Assembly (NCBI GenBank): GCA_965603825.1
Contig: CBFDEM010000035.1
Location: 248,001 to 312,000, forward strand
Direction of reading: 5' to 3'
From: Blepharisma stoltei ATCC 30299
Taxonomy: Eukaryota > Protista > Ciliophora
DNA: 64,000 bases
The position numbers and the translations under genes were made by a program. Position 1 is the stretch's first letter. Each line of letters starts with the position of its first letter. The notes beneath the pieces were generated by a model. That model worked only from the letters and a program-made list of their open reading frames with translations, searched no databases and had not been told where the DNA came from. This document shows, piece after piece, positions 1-11,100 of the stretch.

Positions 1-21
1 TTAATTTTATAAAACGAATAT

Positions 22-1254
22 ATGAACATTTTATTTTTGAGTGTTTTAGTTATATGTTCAGGAATTTCTATGCAAATGAAGCAAGACGAAAGTTCCTCAG
101 CTACTGATACAACAACAGAGACTAATGTTGAAGAAACTGATAGCTCTGTGTCAAGTGAAAGCTCTGATGAATCATCAAATCTTGAAGAGGAAGAAGAAAC
201 GACTCAGATTAGTTCAGCAGGGAGAATTGGTCAAGGCATAGAAGAAGTTGGCTCCAAAATAACTGACTTTTCGATCAAAGCAAATGAAAATCTTGAAAAT
301 TTAAGTGAACAAATGGATATCCAGCAAGAAATAAATTCAGATTCAGCTGAGTCTTTACTAAACGTTGAAATTGATAAATTAAATATTCAAATTTCAAATA
401 TTGACGAACAAATTGCTGCATTAGAAGAAACCTTAGAATTATTAAAAAAGAATTGCAATAACCTCGAAAACTGCTGGGATTGCACATCCAATGATGAATG
501 TGTCTGGTGTAGCATAGAAAAGACATGCCACATAGGCGATTCATTAGGTCCTGCAAATGGAGAATGTACTGAATTCAATTATGGTTCTTGCTCCTCACAT
601 GGCTGTGAGCAGTATAACAGCTGCGACATATGTTTATCTGATACTCAATGTGGGTGGTGTGCGAAAGGTGAATATTGCTTATCAGGTCATGGCTTTTATA
701 GTGATGTATGTGAAGATAAATATTTTTACCATCAAGAAGGACAAAATGAATGCCCTGAGCCTCAAAATAATGAAAATGATATAGATAATAATGAAGATGA
801 GATTTCGCAGATTGAGAGCAATATTGAATTTCTAGAAGAATCAAAAGATGAGCTATACGAAGAAATCAGCGGCCTTGAACGACAAATTACCACCATTGTT
901 AGAAAAGCTGCAAAAACTGTAGATATTTCTGAGCCGATTGATGGAAACGACTATGATGGGTTCAGTGATACTGCTGATGAGCAAGCTGAAGAAGAAAAAG
1001 AAGACGAAAGAAATTACCAAGAAGAAATTTGGGATTGGTGGGCTAATAACACTTCTAATGAAATCAGCGAAACTGTAGAAACAGAATACGATGGCTTAGT
1101 TGAGTCTCTTGAAAGCTATCAAGTAGAAGACGAAGAAGACACACAGGAAGTAACTGAAGAATCAACAGACTCCACAACTGAAGAAAGCTCTGAATCTGAA
1201 ACCGAAGAAGACACAGCTGTTTCTTTTCTATCACTTATGATTAAAAACAAATAA
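22..1254 (+). CDS. Secreted acidic protein with Cys-rich PSI-like repeats and coiled coils
   Basis: Hydrophobic N-terminal signal peptide; two CxxCxxxxxCxWC units (NCWDCTSNDECVWC, SCDICLSDTQCGWC); E/D/S-rich flanks; TAA stop. Confidence 0.75.
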   Translation: MNILFLSVLVICSGISMQMKQDESSSATDTTTETNVEETDSSVSSESSDESSNLEEEEETTQISSAGRIGQGIEEVGSKITDFSIKANENLENLSEQMDIQQEINSDSAESLLNVEIDKLNIQISNIDEQIAALEETLELLKKNCNNLENCWDCTSNDECVWCSIEKTCHIGDSLGPANGECTEFNYGSCSSHGCEQYNSCDICLSDTQCGWCAKGEYCLSGHGFYSDVCEDKYFYHQEGQNECPEPQNNENDIDNNEDEISQIESNIEFLEESKDELYEEISGLERQITTIVRKAAKTVDISEPIDGNDYDGFSDTADEQAEEEKEDERNYQEEIWDWWANNTSNEISETVETEYDGLVESLESYQVEDEEDTQEVTEESTDSTTEESSESETEEDTAVSFLSLMIKNK

Positions 1255-1289
1255 TTTTTATATAAATAATCGACGAAAATTCTAGCAAG

Positions 1290-2417
1290 ATGGAAGGGAA
1301 AACAGAATTTGACAAACTCATGCGCGAAGCTGTGGCTTTAAAAACAGCCCAGCTCAGTAAAGCTCGTACAAATTTTGATAGCTGGCCACAATTCCATCAA
1401 GCAGGGCTTTATTATTCAGACTCTTTCAAAAGCATCAGAGATTCAAGCACAAACGCAAAAATTGCAGCATTTGAGCAGAAGAAAAATGAAGGGACAGAGC
1501 TATTTAAACAAGAAGAGTTCCAAAAAGCTTTATTTAAGTATGAAGAAGCCTTGACTGTGTTTAGATGGGTAGATAACAAAAATAAAAATTGGAAAAATAG
1601 CGGAATCGAAGACTCAGATCTAACAGTACACAATGAAGAGCCTAACGAAGAAGCTAAACAGTGTGTGATTGCAATTTATCTTAATATTGCACTATGCAAT
1701 ATAAAACTCGAGATATGAAAAGAAGCAGTCAGAGCTTGTGACGAAGTATTAAAAATTGACCCAAAAAATACAAAAGCTCTTTATAGGAAGGCACAAGCCA
1801 TGACAATGCCGGCAAGCTCTGGAATAAATGACTATCAAGACGCCTTGAAATTGCTAAAAGAAGCAGCTTTAATTGATCCTAAAAATGCAGCAATACGACA
1901 AAAGATCACAGAATTTAAAGATTTTATTAAAGACCAAACTGAGAAATCCAAAAAGACCTTTAATTCGTTTTTTAAAAAACCAACATATGATGATGCAGCA
2001 CCACAACCAAAACAAAACTCTGCAGCTGAAGTTGAAGATATGATTCAGAAAGGAGAAATTATGGTAAAAGATCTCTTATCAAATGGACAACAAACTGAAG
2101 CAAAAAATTTGAAAAAAAAAATAAACAAGATGAAAAAATATAGAAGAGATGCAAAAAAAGCAATAATGGATTTTGAAAATCCAAGCAAAGAAATGCTTGA
2201 ACAAGCAGAAAAATTTGGATTGGACTTAACAGACCCTCTTGTAAAATCAGAGCTAAAAAGACTTAAAGAGCAAGGGATTCAACCATTACCAAATACTCCA
2301 AGAAAACCAAAAGAAGCATGGAGTGGATGGTTTTGGATTTTGGTGATATTTGTATCGGCTCTGATATTAATGTCTTATTTATATGAGAGTAGCTATGATA
2401 ATTTATACAATTCTTAA
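1290..2417 (+). CDS. TPR protein (FKBP/cyclophilin-40-type TPR) with C-terminal membrane anchor
   Basis: ORFs 1290-1718 and 1800-2417 join in frame through TGA 1716-1718 (LEI-W-KEAVRACDEVLKIDPKNTKALYRKAQA); KNEGTELFK and YLNIALC are TPR signatures; C-terminal TM WFWILVIFVSALILMSYLY. Confidence 0.85.
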
Positions 2418-2837
2418 CAATTATATTATCTCTAATTTGTAATGAAGTGAATCTTCCAGATAGCAAAATATTTATATTGGAAAAATGGTAGCATAAATAA
2501 CTTTTTCGGATTAAGCAAAGGTCCTTTATCCAAGCTTTGGACAATACTTTATTTTGCATTATCTCAGTTGGGGACTTCCATGATTAATTTTAAAAAGTGA
2601 ATAATAATCATCCACGCCAACATTCTCGATGAATTTTGAAATTTTCTTATTTGAATTTATCCTAGCAATCGGACTTATTTTTGCAATAATATGACTATTT
2701 TAAATTAAAGAATTATCAATTTAATTTCTATTGGGTTCTGAACGGTATGTTAAAAATTAAACCAAACTAGCTTTATGAATTTAATGGCTTTTCAAGTCTT
2801 ATAAATTTTTTAGTAAATACCTTAAAGAACCCTAGAG

Positions 2838-3023
2838 ATGAACAAGAAATCAATCCGAAGGAGCGGCAGTGGCTATTGGTCAACATCAACAACCGAAAGT
2901 GAAGATAGTAAGAAGCCCTGCTTTTTTCTCGCGAAGTGGACTGTAGCTCCCGATCCCCGAAGTCTGCCTTTTCCAAGCTTTACTGACTTGAAATCCAATA
3001 ATTCCAAGACTTATAGTACCTAA
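2838..3023 (+). CDS. 61-aa microprotein with PNRC/Edc1-like motif
   Basis: FFLAKWTVAPDPRSLPFPSF aligns without gaps to the PNRC-type YAGAKFSEPPSPSVLPKP motif; GC-richer than its flanks; ATG to TAA. Confidence 0.55.
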   Translation: MNKKSIRRSGSGYWSTSTTESEDSKKPCFFLAKWTVAPDPRSLPFPSFTDLKSNNSKTYST

Positions 3024-3419
3024 ATCATTCTTTCTTAATTTGATTCTTGATGACTTTAAGACATCAGAGGCAAATTAAGAATGAAGCGAACTAAAGTAAA
3101 TGAGTTGAATAAAATTAGGACTAACAGTAAGAATTAAATTCCTAAAGTAATTTGAATTCAATTTCGCGCTTAGAAAAAGTTTAACAGAACTTTGAAAATT
3201 AATAGCAAATGTCAGAATGAAACCCTTTTTTCTTTATTATAAGCTGGCTTTGAAATAATAAATTTTTTTCTAGATGCGAAATAAATATAAATAGAAGCAA
3301 TAATTCAAGTAAAGTATTTATGGATTAAGAATTTTGTAAATGAAATATATATGACCTATGATGAGAAGATGACTGCTTTTTGTAGATTTGTTTGGAACAT
3401 ATTCTGAGATATATAATAA

Positions 3420-3930
3420 ATGGAAGACGCTTAAAGTAATTATGACGAGAACTGTGAAGTATATAATCGTGTTAAGAAATCGCCTCTATATTACTATTGC
3501 AGTGAATATTCAGCAATAAAGTAGCGATAGGAGATGAGCAGTACACCGAAGATTCCTTATCAGAGTGAAAAATTCTTGACTTTGCCTGGAAAATCCATGC
3601 CAATTTTCATAAAAGGGAGCTAATCAAATCATGTCTTGATATACAACAAGGAATGGTTGAAAGTGCAAAAGCTCACCTAGAAAGCCTCAAAATTCATCAA
3701 AAATTATCGATAATAAAAGCTGATTGATGTCTTTAGATAGTGTCTCTCAAGTGCTACTAATAGATCAATATAATAATTATTTCGACGCAATAATAGCCTT
3801 CTATTGAGAGCTCATTGATGCAAAACCTCTTGGCACTAATCCTGACTTTGATAAAGCAAATGTTTTGCTGAGACTTTGGACTACTAGCTAGAAATTTTTT
3901 TCTTGGCTATTTTTTCTAGGAAGAAAAAGA
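3420..3930 (+). pseudogene. Decayed tandem paralog of the 4469-5320 methyltransferase
   Basis: Colinear nucleotide similarity (ctatattactattg, gaaagtgcaaaa, tagaaagcctcaaaat, agtgtctctcaa, gagctcattga, cctga.tttgataaa) with in-frame TAA/TAG, frameshifts and an internal deletion of about 300 bp. Confidence 0.9.
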
Positions 3931-4468
3931 GCTCCTAAAGATAAGATATCAGAATTCGTTATAAGATGTTTCAAATTAAAAATAATTCTTATACTGCCCT
4001 CTTAACATTTTTATGGTATTGAATTATATTGATTCTGCGTTGCTTATAGGTCTAATAAATGTAATCATTTGTGTTGAATAGTAAATTACAAAGGGACCCA
4101 TTATATGTCTACATTGGAAAAGTGAAATGAGACAATAAATAAATCTTTTTACAGTTAATATGATAAAGCCAAATTTTGGCAATAAAAATGCTTCATTCTA
4201 AAATTAAATAATTTTTAACTCAACAAAAGTTTGACTAATTTTGCAAGTTATCGGAGATTCAGTACGTCTTTCTGAGATGAAGATGAAATTCATTGAAATG
4301 GAAAAATAGACTAAAATAAAACATAGAGGTTACAAAAGTCAATTAAATATTGATATAGGATAATTATAAATTGAAGCTTATTGAAAATAATTTCGAAAGA
4401 AAGGAAAGAGAGGAATACTTTTTTTTATTGTCAAGGATATCATATTAATTTAAATCTTATATATATAA

Positions 4469-5320
4469 ATGGCTGATTCTGAAAGAAATTTTGATGAAAA
4501 TTTTGAAAGATATAAACATGTTAAAAGATCACCACTATATTATTACTGTGGCGAATATACAACAATAAAACAGTTATCAAGAGATGGAAATTATTGTGAA
4601 AATTCATTATCAGGATTAAAAATACTTGACTTGGGATGCGGATCTGGGCAGTCTATAGCTCATTTTTTTGAAAAAGGTGCCGATCAAGTAATAGGTCTAG
4701 ATATATCACAAGAAATGGTCGAAAGTGCAAAAAAATACTTAGAAAGCCTCAAAATACCTAATCAAAAATTCATGATAGAAAAAGCTGATTGTTCATCTTT
4801 AGAGAGTGTCTCTCAAATTTTATCTCTAGATATATATAGTAATTATTTTGATATCATAACTGCCTTTTATTTCCATTGCTTTGCGAAAGATGAAAATCAA
4901 CTTGCTGAAATATTTAATTTATGCAACAGATATCTGAAGCCAGGAGGGAAAATTGGATTTGTGACTCTTAATCCAGAAACCTATACAAATTTTCTGACTT
5001 TTAAAGAGGTCGCAGAAGATCATTTTTTTGCAAAATATCAAAATATAACAGTAATTAATGAAATTCCGCAAGTTGAGCTTTTATTTATCAACCCAGAAAG
5101 CAAGGAAGAATTATTTTCAGTTTTTAATAACATTTTCTCAGTAGAGCAGTTTCAAAGAGCAATGCAGCGAAGTAGGTTTGAGCTCATTGAAGCAAGAACA
5201 CTTGATATAAACCCTGATTTTGATAAATCTACTATTTCAGCTGAAGAATTATCATTGCTAACAGGCAACTTATGTGTTAATTATTTTTTCCAAGGGCGAA
5301 AAGTCTCAGATTTGCAATAA
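4469..5320 (+). CDS. Class I SAM-dependent methyltransferase (ToxA-like small-molecule type)
   Basis: ILDLGCGSG motif I, VIGLDIS, FDII, RYLKPGG; intronless. Confidence 0.85.
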   Translation: MADSERNFDENFERYKHVKRSPLYYYCGEYTTIKQLSRDGNYCENSLSGLKILDLGCGSGQSIAHFFEKGADQVIGLDISQEMVESAKKYLESLKIPNQKFMIEKADCSSLESVSQILSLDIYSNYFDIITAFYFHCFAKDENQLAEIFNLCNRYLKPGGKIGFVTLNPETYTNFLTFKEVAEDHFFAKYQNITVINEIPQVELLFINPESKEELFSVFNNIFSVEQFQRAMQRSRFELIEARTLDINPDFDKSTISAEELSLLTGNLCVNYFFQGRKVSDLQ

Positions 5321-5359
5321 CTTTAAACGAAAAATTATTTGATTAATTACGCTATAATT

Positions 5360-6241
5360 TTACATTAGTAAGCATTGCTTGCAAGTTTCTCTTGTAATTG
5401 ATTCAATTCTTGCTCTTTTTGTACCTTCAGTAGGCTTTACACTTGCTTTCAATATAAAACTTGCTAGCAAGCTTTCCCTACCTTCATTTCTGAGTGCGTC
5501 CATGTATTTTTCTTTAAAAGTTTCTTTCAAAGCTTCATAACACTTTGAGCAAGCAATTGATTTTATCTTAGTTGCTGGGATTGTATTTCTCAAATTTTTA
5601 TTAATTTCGTCAATATTGTTTAAAAACTTTTCTTCAGATTCTTTCATTTCTTTGATTTCCTCTATATGTGTTTTGATTTCTTCTGCTTTTATTTCATTTT
5701 TCCTCTTCATTTGTTCTTCTGAATTCTGAGATTCAGTTAAGGCATTTTTTAAGCTCTCAATTACATTCTGCACTGTCTTTTCCCTTTCATTTTCTTCTTC
5801 AATTTTCTTTTCAAAATTCTCCAATCTCTGCGCATAAGTTTTTTCGTTATTTTTCATCTGAATTTCTAGCCTCGAAATAATTTCATATTTCCCTGTAATC
5901 TCTGTCTTTATCTTTTCTTTTTCTTTAAGCATTCAATTCATATCACCTTTTAATGACTTATACTGAGGTGCAAGCTCTCTTGCGATTTCTTTTTTAATTC
6001 TGCTTCTTTCACAATCATCGCAAATAGGAAGCAACGTCATTGCAGTTCGGACCAGAATGTGCTCTTTGCAGACTCCTTTTTTGCATACTGAACATTCAAA
6101 TCCTTTATGGATTGACGAAAATTGAAGATTACAAATATGACAATGAGCATTTAGATTTGATGACCTAGGAGGCTTTTTGGAAAATAGTTTTTTAAAACTA
6201 GGGCTTGAAGGTGTCAAAACCTGTGTTTTGGTATCTTCCAT
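5360..6241 (-). CDS. FYVE-like zinc finger plus coiled coil with CAAX end (CLLM)
   Basis: ORFs 5933-6241 and 5360-5932 abut through TGA 5933-5935; CHIC...CSVC...C...CDDC; ends CKQCLLM. Confidence 0.8.
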
Positions 6242-6313
6242 TTATCGATGACAATGTGAAATATAAATATATTTTTTAGTATAGAATTTTATCAGATTAA
6301 AATGAAGGTTTAT

Positions 6314-7399
6314 TTATGAATTTTTCAGCTCTTGAATGAAAGTTTGAATTTGTGAAATAATTGCTGGCTTACCTTGGGCGTCCATATAGTACTTTATGAG
6401 TTCGTTTTCTGGGCCAGGCTCGTCTATTTTGATTTGTATTTCAAAATTTGGCTCGACGTCCATACTTACATCTGGTAGGTGGACTGTCCCTTTGCAAGAC
6501 CTTAACTCGTTACCTTCTCCATCAAAAATTTTACCAACCCACTTGACGTCTATGATATAGCTATAAGTCACGATTTTCTTGGCTTTTCTAATACTAATTG
6601 ATGCATCTCCTTGTAAATTCACTTCCGTAATGCTGATATTTCCAGCTGGAATCTCAAAATGAATCATTTTTATCAGCTCTTTCAGTCTATCAGCAGCCCA
6701 ATTCACTGATTTTTCTTCCCAGAAATAAGACCCAGCGTTCCACACTGATCCCTGAGCTTTATTATCTTCTAGCTGAATTGGCTTATTTTCTTGGTTTGCC
6801 TTTTTCAATACTTCTTCTCTTTCCTGAGCTAGCTTACTTAGCCTTTCTTGCTCAGCTGAATTTTGTTCAATTGCTGCTTTCCTTTTATCTTCTTCTTCCT
6901 TTCTCTTGTTCCTATCCTCTGCAAACTTTGCCTGGTTGCTTTCCAGCTCTTTGAATTCGTTTGCAAACTGATTCACTATCTCCACAATCTGAGCCTTCGC
7001 TTCTCTTTGTAAAAATATTTTAATGGCCCACGAGTCATCATTCTCCTTAGTAGGCTCAGCCATGACTATGATTTCGTCTGCTTCATCTTGATTGAATTCT
7101 TGGATTTTTAGAGTCCCAGATTCTTCTTTGTCATCTTTATTTGCCTTCCAGCTGGCATCAACTTCGAATTCAAACAGAAGAATTGTTTTGCCTTTCCTTA
7201 TCATAACACTTGCAGAGTTTTTGATTTCTGTGATTGAATCTAGATAGATCCTCCAAGAGTTGTGTGTGAAAGAAAGACCGAGGAGAAGCTCTTTAAATCT
7301 GTTTTGAGCCCAGATTTTGTAGTTTTTCTCTTCCCTAAATAGAGGTTACCAATGCCAAGAGTTTGCATTCCAGACTGATCCAGCGCCTGAGCCTAGCAT
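6314..7399 (-). CDS. Aha1-family Hsp90 ATPase activator with two Aha1_N domains; one intron
   Basis: ATG 7399: MLGSGAGSVWNANSWHW|EEKNY; second copy GSVWNAGSYFWEEK; IRKGK and IRKAK motifs; 15-nt intron 7335-7349. Confidence 0.85.
7335..7349 (-). other. 15-nt spliceosomal intron
   Basis: gtaacctctatttag; removal restores the conserved WHW-EEK; retention gives TGG TAA. Confidence 0.9.
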
Positions 7400-7427
7400 A
7401 TTTAATATCAAAAATTGAATATAAAAT

Positions 7428-8873
7428 ATGGCAGAAGAGATAATAACGCTACAAGGGATAGTGCAGCCTAGCAAAATGGAAGCCAACGTGAATAGCGATT
7501 TAATTGAGTATATTATAGGTGAAGGAATTAGTGTAATTTACATATAGCTTGCTTGTTATTTGCCACACCTTCGTTTATTCCTAAAACCAGTAATAAAAGA
7601 AAAAAAATGAATTGATATACAAGAAATCTTTAATGTTCTAGATGACGTAGAGTTCTGACGAAATGTCAGAGAAGTAAAAGATATTTAGCTTGCAAATGGT
7701 TTTGAAACTGAGATAAATGTCAAGTTAATTAAGGCTGCGATATTTTTGTTCAGCAAAAATAAAATAACGTAGGAAATAAATAGGGTACCGTGGATAAAAA
7801 CATATTACAGCTCTTATGTGTCATTAGATTTTGAATCGAGGAGGAATGGAGTTAAACAAGACCCAAGTTTATTGCAGAAGTCATTTATATTGGTTAATAG
7901 GTTTCTGCCACTGAAGCTTATATCTTTATGGCTGGAGCATAACACCCCAAATTTTAAGCATATAGGAAGATTGACTCCTCATGAGTACTTATTCTTAGCT
8001 GCAAACACTTATGATAGAAGCAAACTTATTGAAGAAAGGCTTTTTTCACAGCCAGGTTTAATTATTGCAAAAGATTCAAATACAAATACATTTATCTTAT
8101 CAGAAACAGTTTCATCTAACCCTGATTTAGATAAAAGGCTTGAAAAAATCATGAGCAGCCAAATAAATGCTTCAAATGTACTATTTGAGCCTCAAGAAAC
8201 AATCAGTGATAGCCGATCTCCTTATAAATTAAAAAAATTTTTGAGAAAAAACAAAAATCAAGTCCAAAGTAAGCAAATGAACGAATTAAGAGTTTTATTG
8301 CAAGACCCAAATCTTTATGAACAGGTAAAGCAAACTTTATCTAAAAGTTCTTCTATTGTCAATAAATCGAGAACTAATGAAAATTTTTCCTATCAAAGAA
8401 TGAGAGCTACTTGTGGAATTTTGAATAGTGCAAGACCTTATACAGCTACAAATCCGTTAAAATCAAGATCTGAGAAAGATCTTAAGAGCAAAAGAATGCT
8501 ATCTGATTGTCAGTTGCCTCTTGATGAGCTTAATAGAACCGGAGGGCAACATCATAGATATATTGTAAGTTTCAGAGAGACAGACAAATCAAACTCATCT
8601 TCAAATTTAATTAAAGATTGCTCTGACAGCCAAATTAGGCCTTTTTCTGCATCTTCAACGGCAACATTAAAAGGAGCAAATCGTGTTGCTTCATCTAGGC
8701 CAATGACAGGTAGCACAAGACCCTTTACCGCGAATTCGCTTGCTAATACTTCTGTGTCGCTAACTCCTCTAATAATTTTTAAAATTATAGAGCGGTTTTT
8801 TGATAATAAAGTTTTTTACAAAGTAATATATATAAAATTAAAATCTTCACTAAAATTAATTTGCCAATCCTAA
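7428..8873 (+). CDS. Hypothetical protein with three tiny introns; 3' end uncertain, may extend to 9226
   Basis: ATG 7428 joins ORF 7818-8873 after removing three 15-nt introns and reading two TGAs as Trp; RPxTA/RPxSA low-complexity repeats. Confidence 0.7.
7533..7547 (+). other. 15-nt intron
   Basis: gtaatttacatatag; removes an in-frame TAG; A at -6. Confidence 0.8.
7674..7688 (+). other. 15-nt intron
   Basis: gtaaaagatatttag; removes an in-frame TAG; A at -6. Confidence 0.8.
7769..7783 (+). other. 15-nt intron
   Basis: gtaggaaataaatag; removes an in-frame TAG; A at -6. Confidence 0.8.
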
Positions 8874-9602
8874 TTGCACAATTGCAGGGAAAAAATTCAG
8901 GATAGCTTCTGGATAAAATTTTAATTGCTGCTCTAGATATCCATATGGATTTGTCTGAGCATCTTACGCTTTCAAGAGCCATAGCTTCATTCCAATTCTT
9001 TATTGGATGACCTTATCGCAAGAGCACTTCCCAAGCTGGGGTTCTTTCCATTTTGAAAAAGAATTATAACAGCATTTCGTCCCAATTTAAAGGAAAAGTA
9101 AGATTAAAAGATGAATCTTATCACCTGTGTTCATTGAAAGAAGCCGTAATTAGAGCATCTCAGCCATCTAAATCGACTGAATCAAAGAAAAGCTTGAGAG
9201 TAAAGATCAAAAAGTGGAAATTATAAATAAGAATAATTGTTTTGAGTAAGGCATATTAACAATATTTATCAAATTTTTCGTAATGAAGACCTAAGCAAAG
9301 CAATGCGTATAAAATTGCATTGGAATCAATTAAATAATTTTAGATTTCTCTTGCTATTTCGCAGCCTTACAAAATATGCAAGCTCATGAGCATTCTAAAT
9401 CTGAGCATTCGACATCTTTCGAGCTTTTAAATCGTTAAGAACTTCATCTTCAACTGCTATAGAGCTAGTTGCAGATATTTTCATAGATAGCCCATAATGC
9501 TGTTTATTGGAATACCCTTGAGCTATCTATAGAAAATATATTGCAAAATTCCATATTTTCGTGGCAATTTATAAAAACGTCATATTTTATAAAAAAGCAT
9601 AA

Positions 9603-10469
9603 ATGAAAATTACAGCAATTGGGCTTTGCTGTGTGGGGCTCATTTATTCGCTATTATCTTTGGCAGAATATACAATCATATTTCAACTCATCCCAATCTG
9701 GTATCAAGTGGGTAACCATTATACAAAAGGCGGAGTAATTTGGATCCTTATTTATCATTGCTTTATCACTCTTACAATAACTTCACATCTAAGATCAATG
9801 TTTAGCAATCCAGGATATACTCCTACTATGCAAGTCCCTGATTCAGTCCCACTAGAGCATTTGAGCTATTGTGATAATTGCCAACAATGAAAACCTCAAA
9901 GAACTCACCATTGCCACATATGCAAGAAATGTGTGCATAAGATGAATCACCATTGCCCTTGGATTTGTAATTGCATAGGAGCTAAGACTCAAAAAAGTTT
10001 TATATTGCTATTAGCGTACTCTTTTATTCTTAACGGCATAACGTTATTTATTATTCTCTCCTCTATTTGTTTTGCGATGCAAGCTCAAAATTATAATTTG
10101 GATGAAAATTTATTTATAATTTTGCTATCTGCTTTTATCTCACTGTTTGCAAGCTTATATCTTGTTTTTTCTGGATTTTTATTGTATGATCAATTACTGA
10201 TAATTATAAATAATCAAACAGAAATTGAAAAAAGGAACAATAAGATCGCAATTACAACTTCAATATATGAAAATTTCAAGACTGTTTTAGGAAGTCACAT
10301 CACTTCATGGTGAAATCCTTTAACAGAAATCCCAGACCCAGATTATACTGAGGAAATAGTTACTCAAATCAAAGTGGAAAAGTTTCAGATTAAGAGAATT
10401 TGGATCGTTTTGGGAATTTCCTTTGTCTTGATATTTTCTTTATTCGCAACAATAATCAACATGATCTAG
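9603..10469 (+). CDS. DHHC-family palmitoyl acyltransferase (NHHC variant)
   Basis: CDNCQQ-W(TGA 9888)-KPQRTHHCHICKKCVHKMNHHCPWICNCIG; multiple TMs; second TGA 10311; TAG 10467-10469. Confidence 0.9.
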
Positions 10470-10713
10470 AAATGCATGTTTATTTAAATACATATCTCAT
10501 CATAGAAATAAAATTAGTTTTACAATCATATAAGTTTTTTACTTTTAATAGATTATAATAAGCTCGATGCACTAAAGTTCATATCTTTTAAAGTCTCATT
10601 ATTCATTTAATTGTGCAAATAATGGACTGCTCTTGCTCAAATATTTTTAAGAAAATACTATAATAATTTATTCTATCTTTACTATAAAATGGGTGTGAGT
10701 GTTGCACTTCCAA

Positions 10714-10786
10714 GCAAGCGTAGTGTAGTGGTTATCACATCTGCCTAACACGCAGAAGGTCGTGGGTTCAATTCCCACCGCTTGTA
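10714..10786 (+). tRNA. tRNA-Val(AAC)
   Basis: Acceptor GCAAGCG/CGCTTGT, anticodon arm TCTGC-CTAACAC-GCAGA, T arm GTGGG-TTCAATT-CCCAC; 73 nt; followed by a T-run Pol III terminator. Confidence 0.95.
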
Positions 10787-11100
10787 TTTTTTATTGTTTT
10801 AGCTTGTTTGCATTTCTTATGCCAAATTTTAAATTCCAGCATTTATAACTTAATTTAAATATAGCTAATAGTTTTTTAGTAGTCCTGCTAAGAAAAGTGC
10901 ATTTAATGATTGATTAAACAATTAAATTCAAGCTGATTTAGATATAAAAAAATGCTGTATAAAATATCTTATGCTATTGAAGAGTTCTTTAATGCCAAAA
11001 TAAGTTTAAATTCGGATTACCGTGTGTGTTGATATTAATTAATTAAAATGATAATATTTGAGGTCTTATTAAGTTTCCGCATATAGTGCTGAAACCATTC

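Noticed and set aside
2440-2700. Coding-like minus-strand stretch (…KFIENVGVDDYYSLFK…SLDKGPLL…)
   Set aside because: Interrupted by TAA, no start and no recognisable family; could be a relic but is unsupported
9270-9554. Possible minus-strand gene from ATG 9554 with a 16-nt intron (gtattccaataaacag)
   Set aside because: The frame hits TAG shortly afterwards with no canonical intron to rescue it; no homology recognised
10714-10786. Possible UGA-decoding tRNA
   Set aside because: The anticodon loop is CT-AAC-AC, an ordinary Val tRNA
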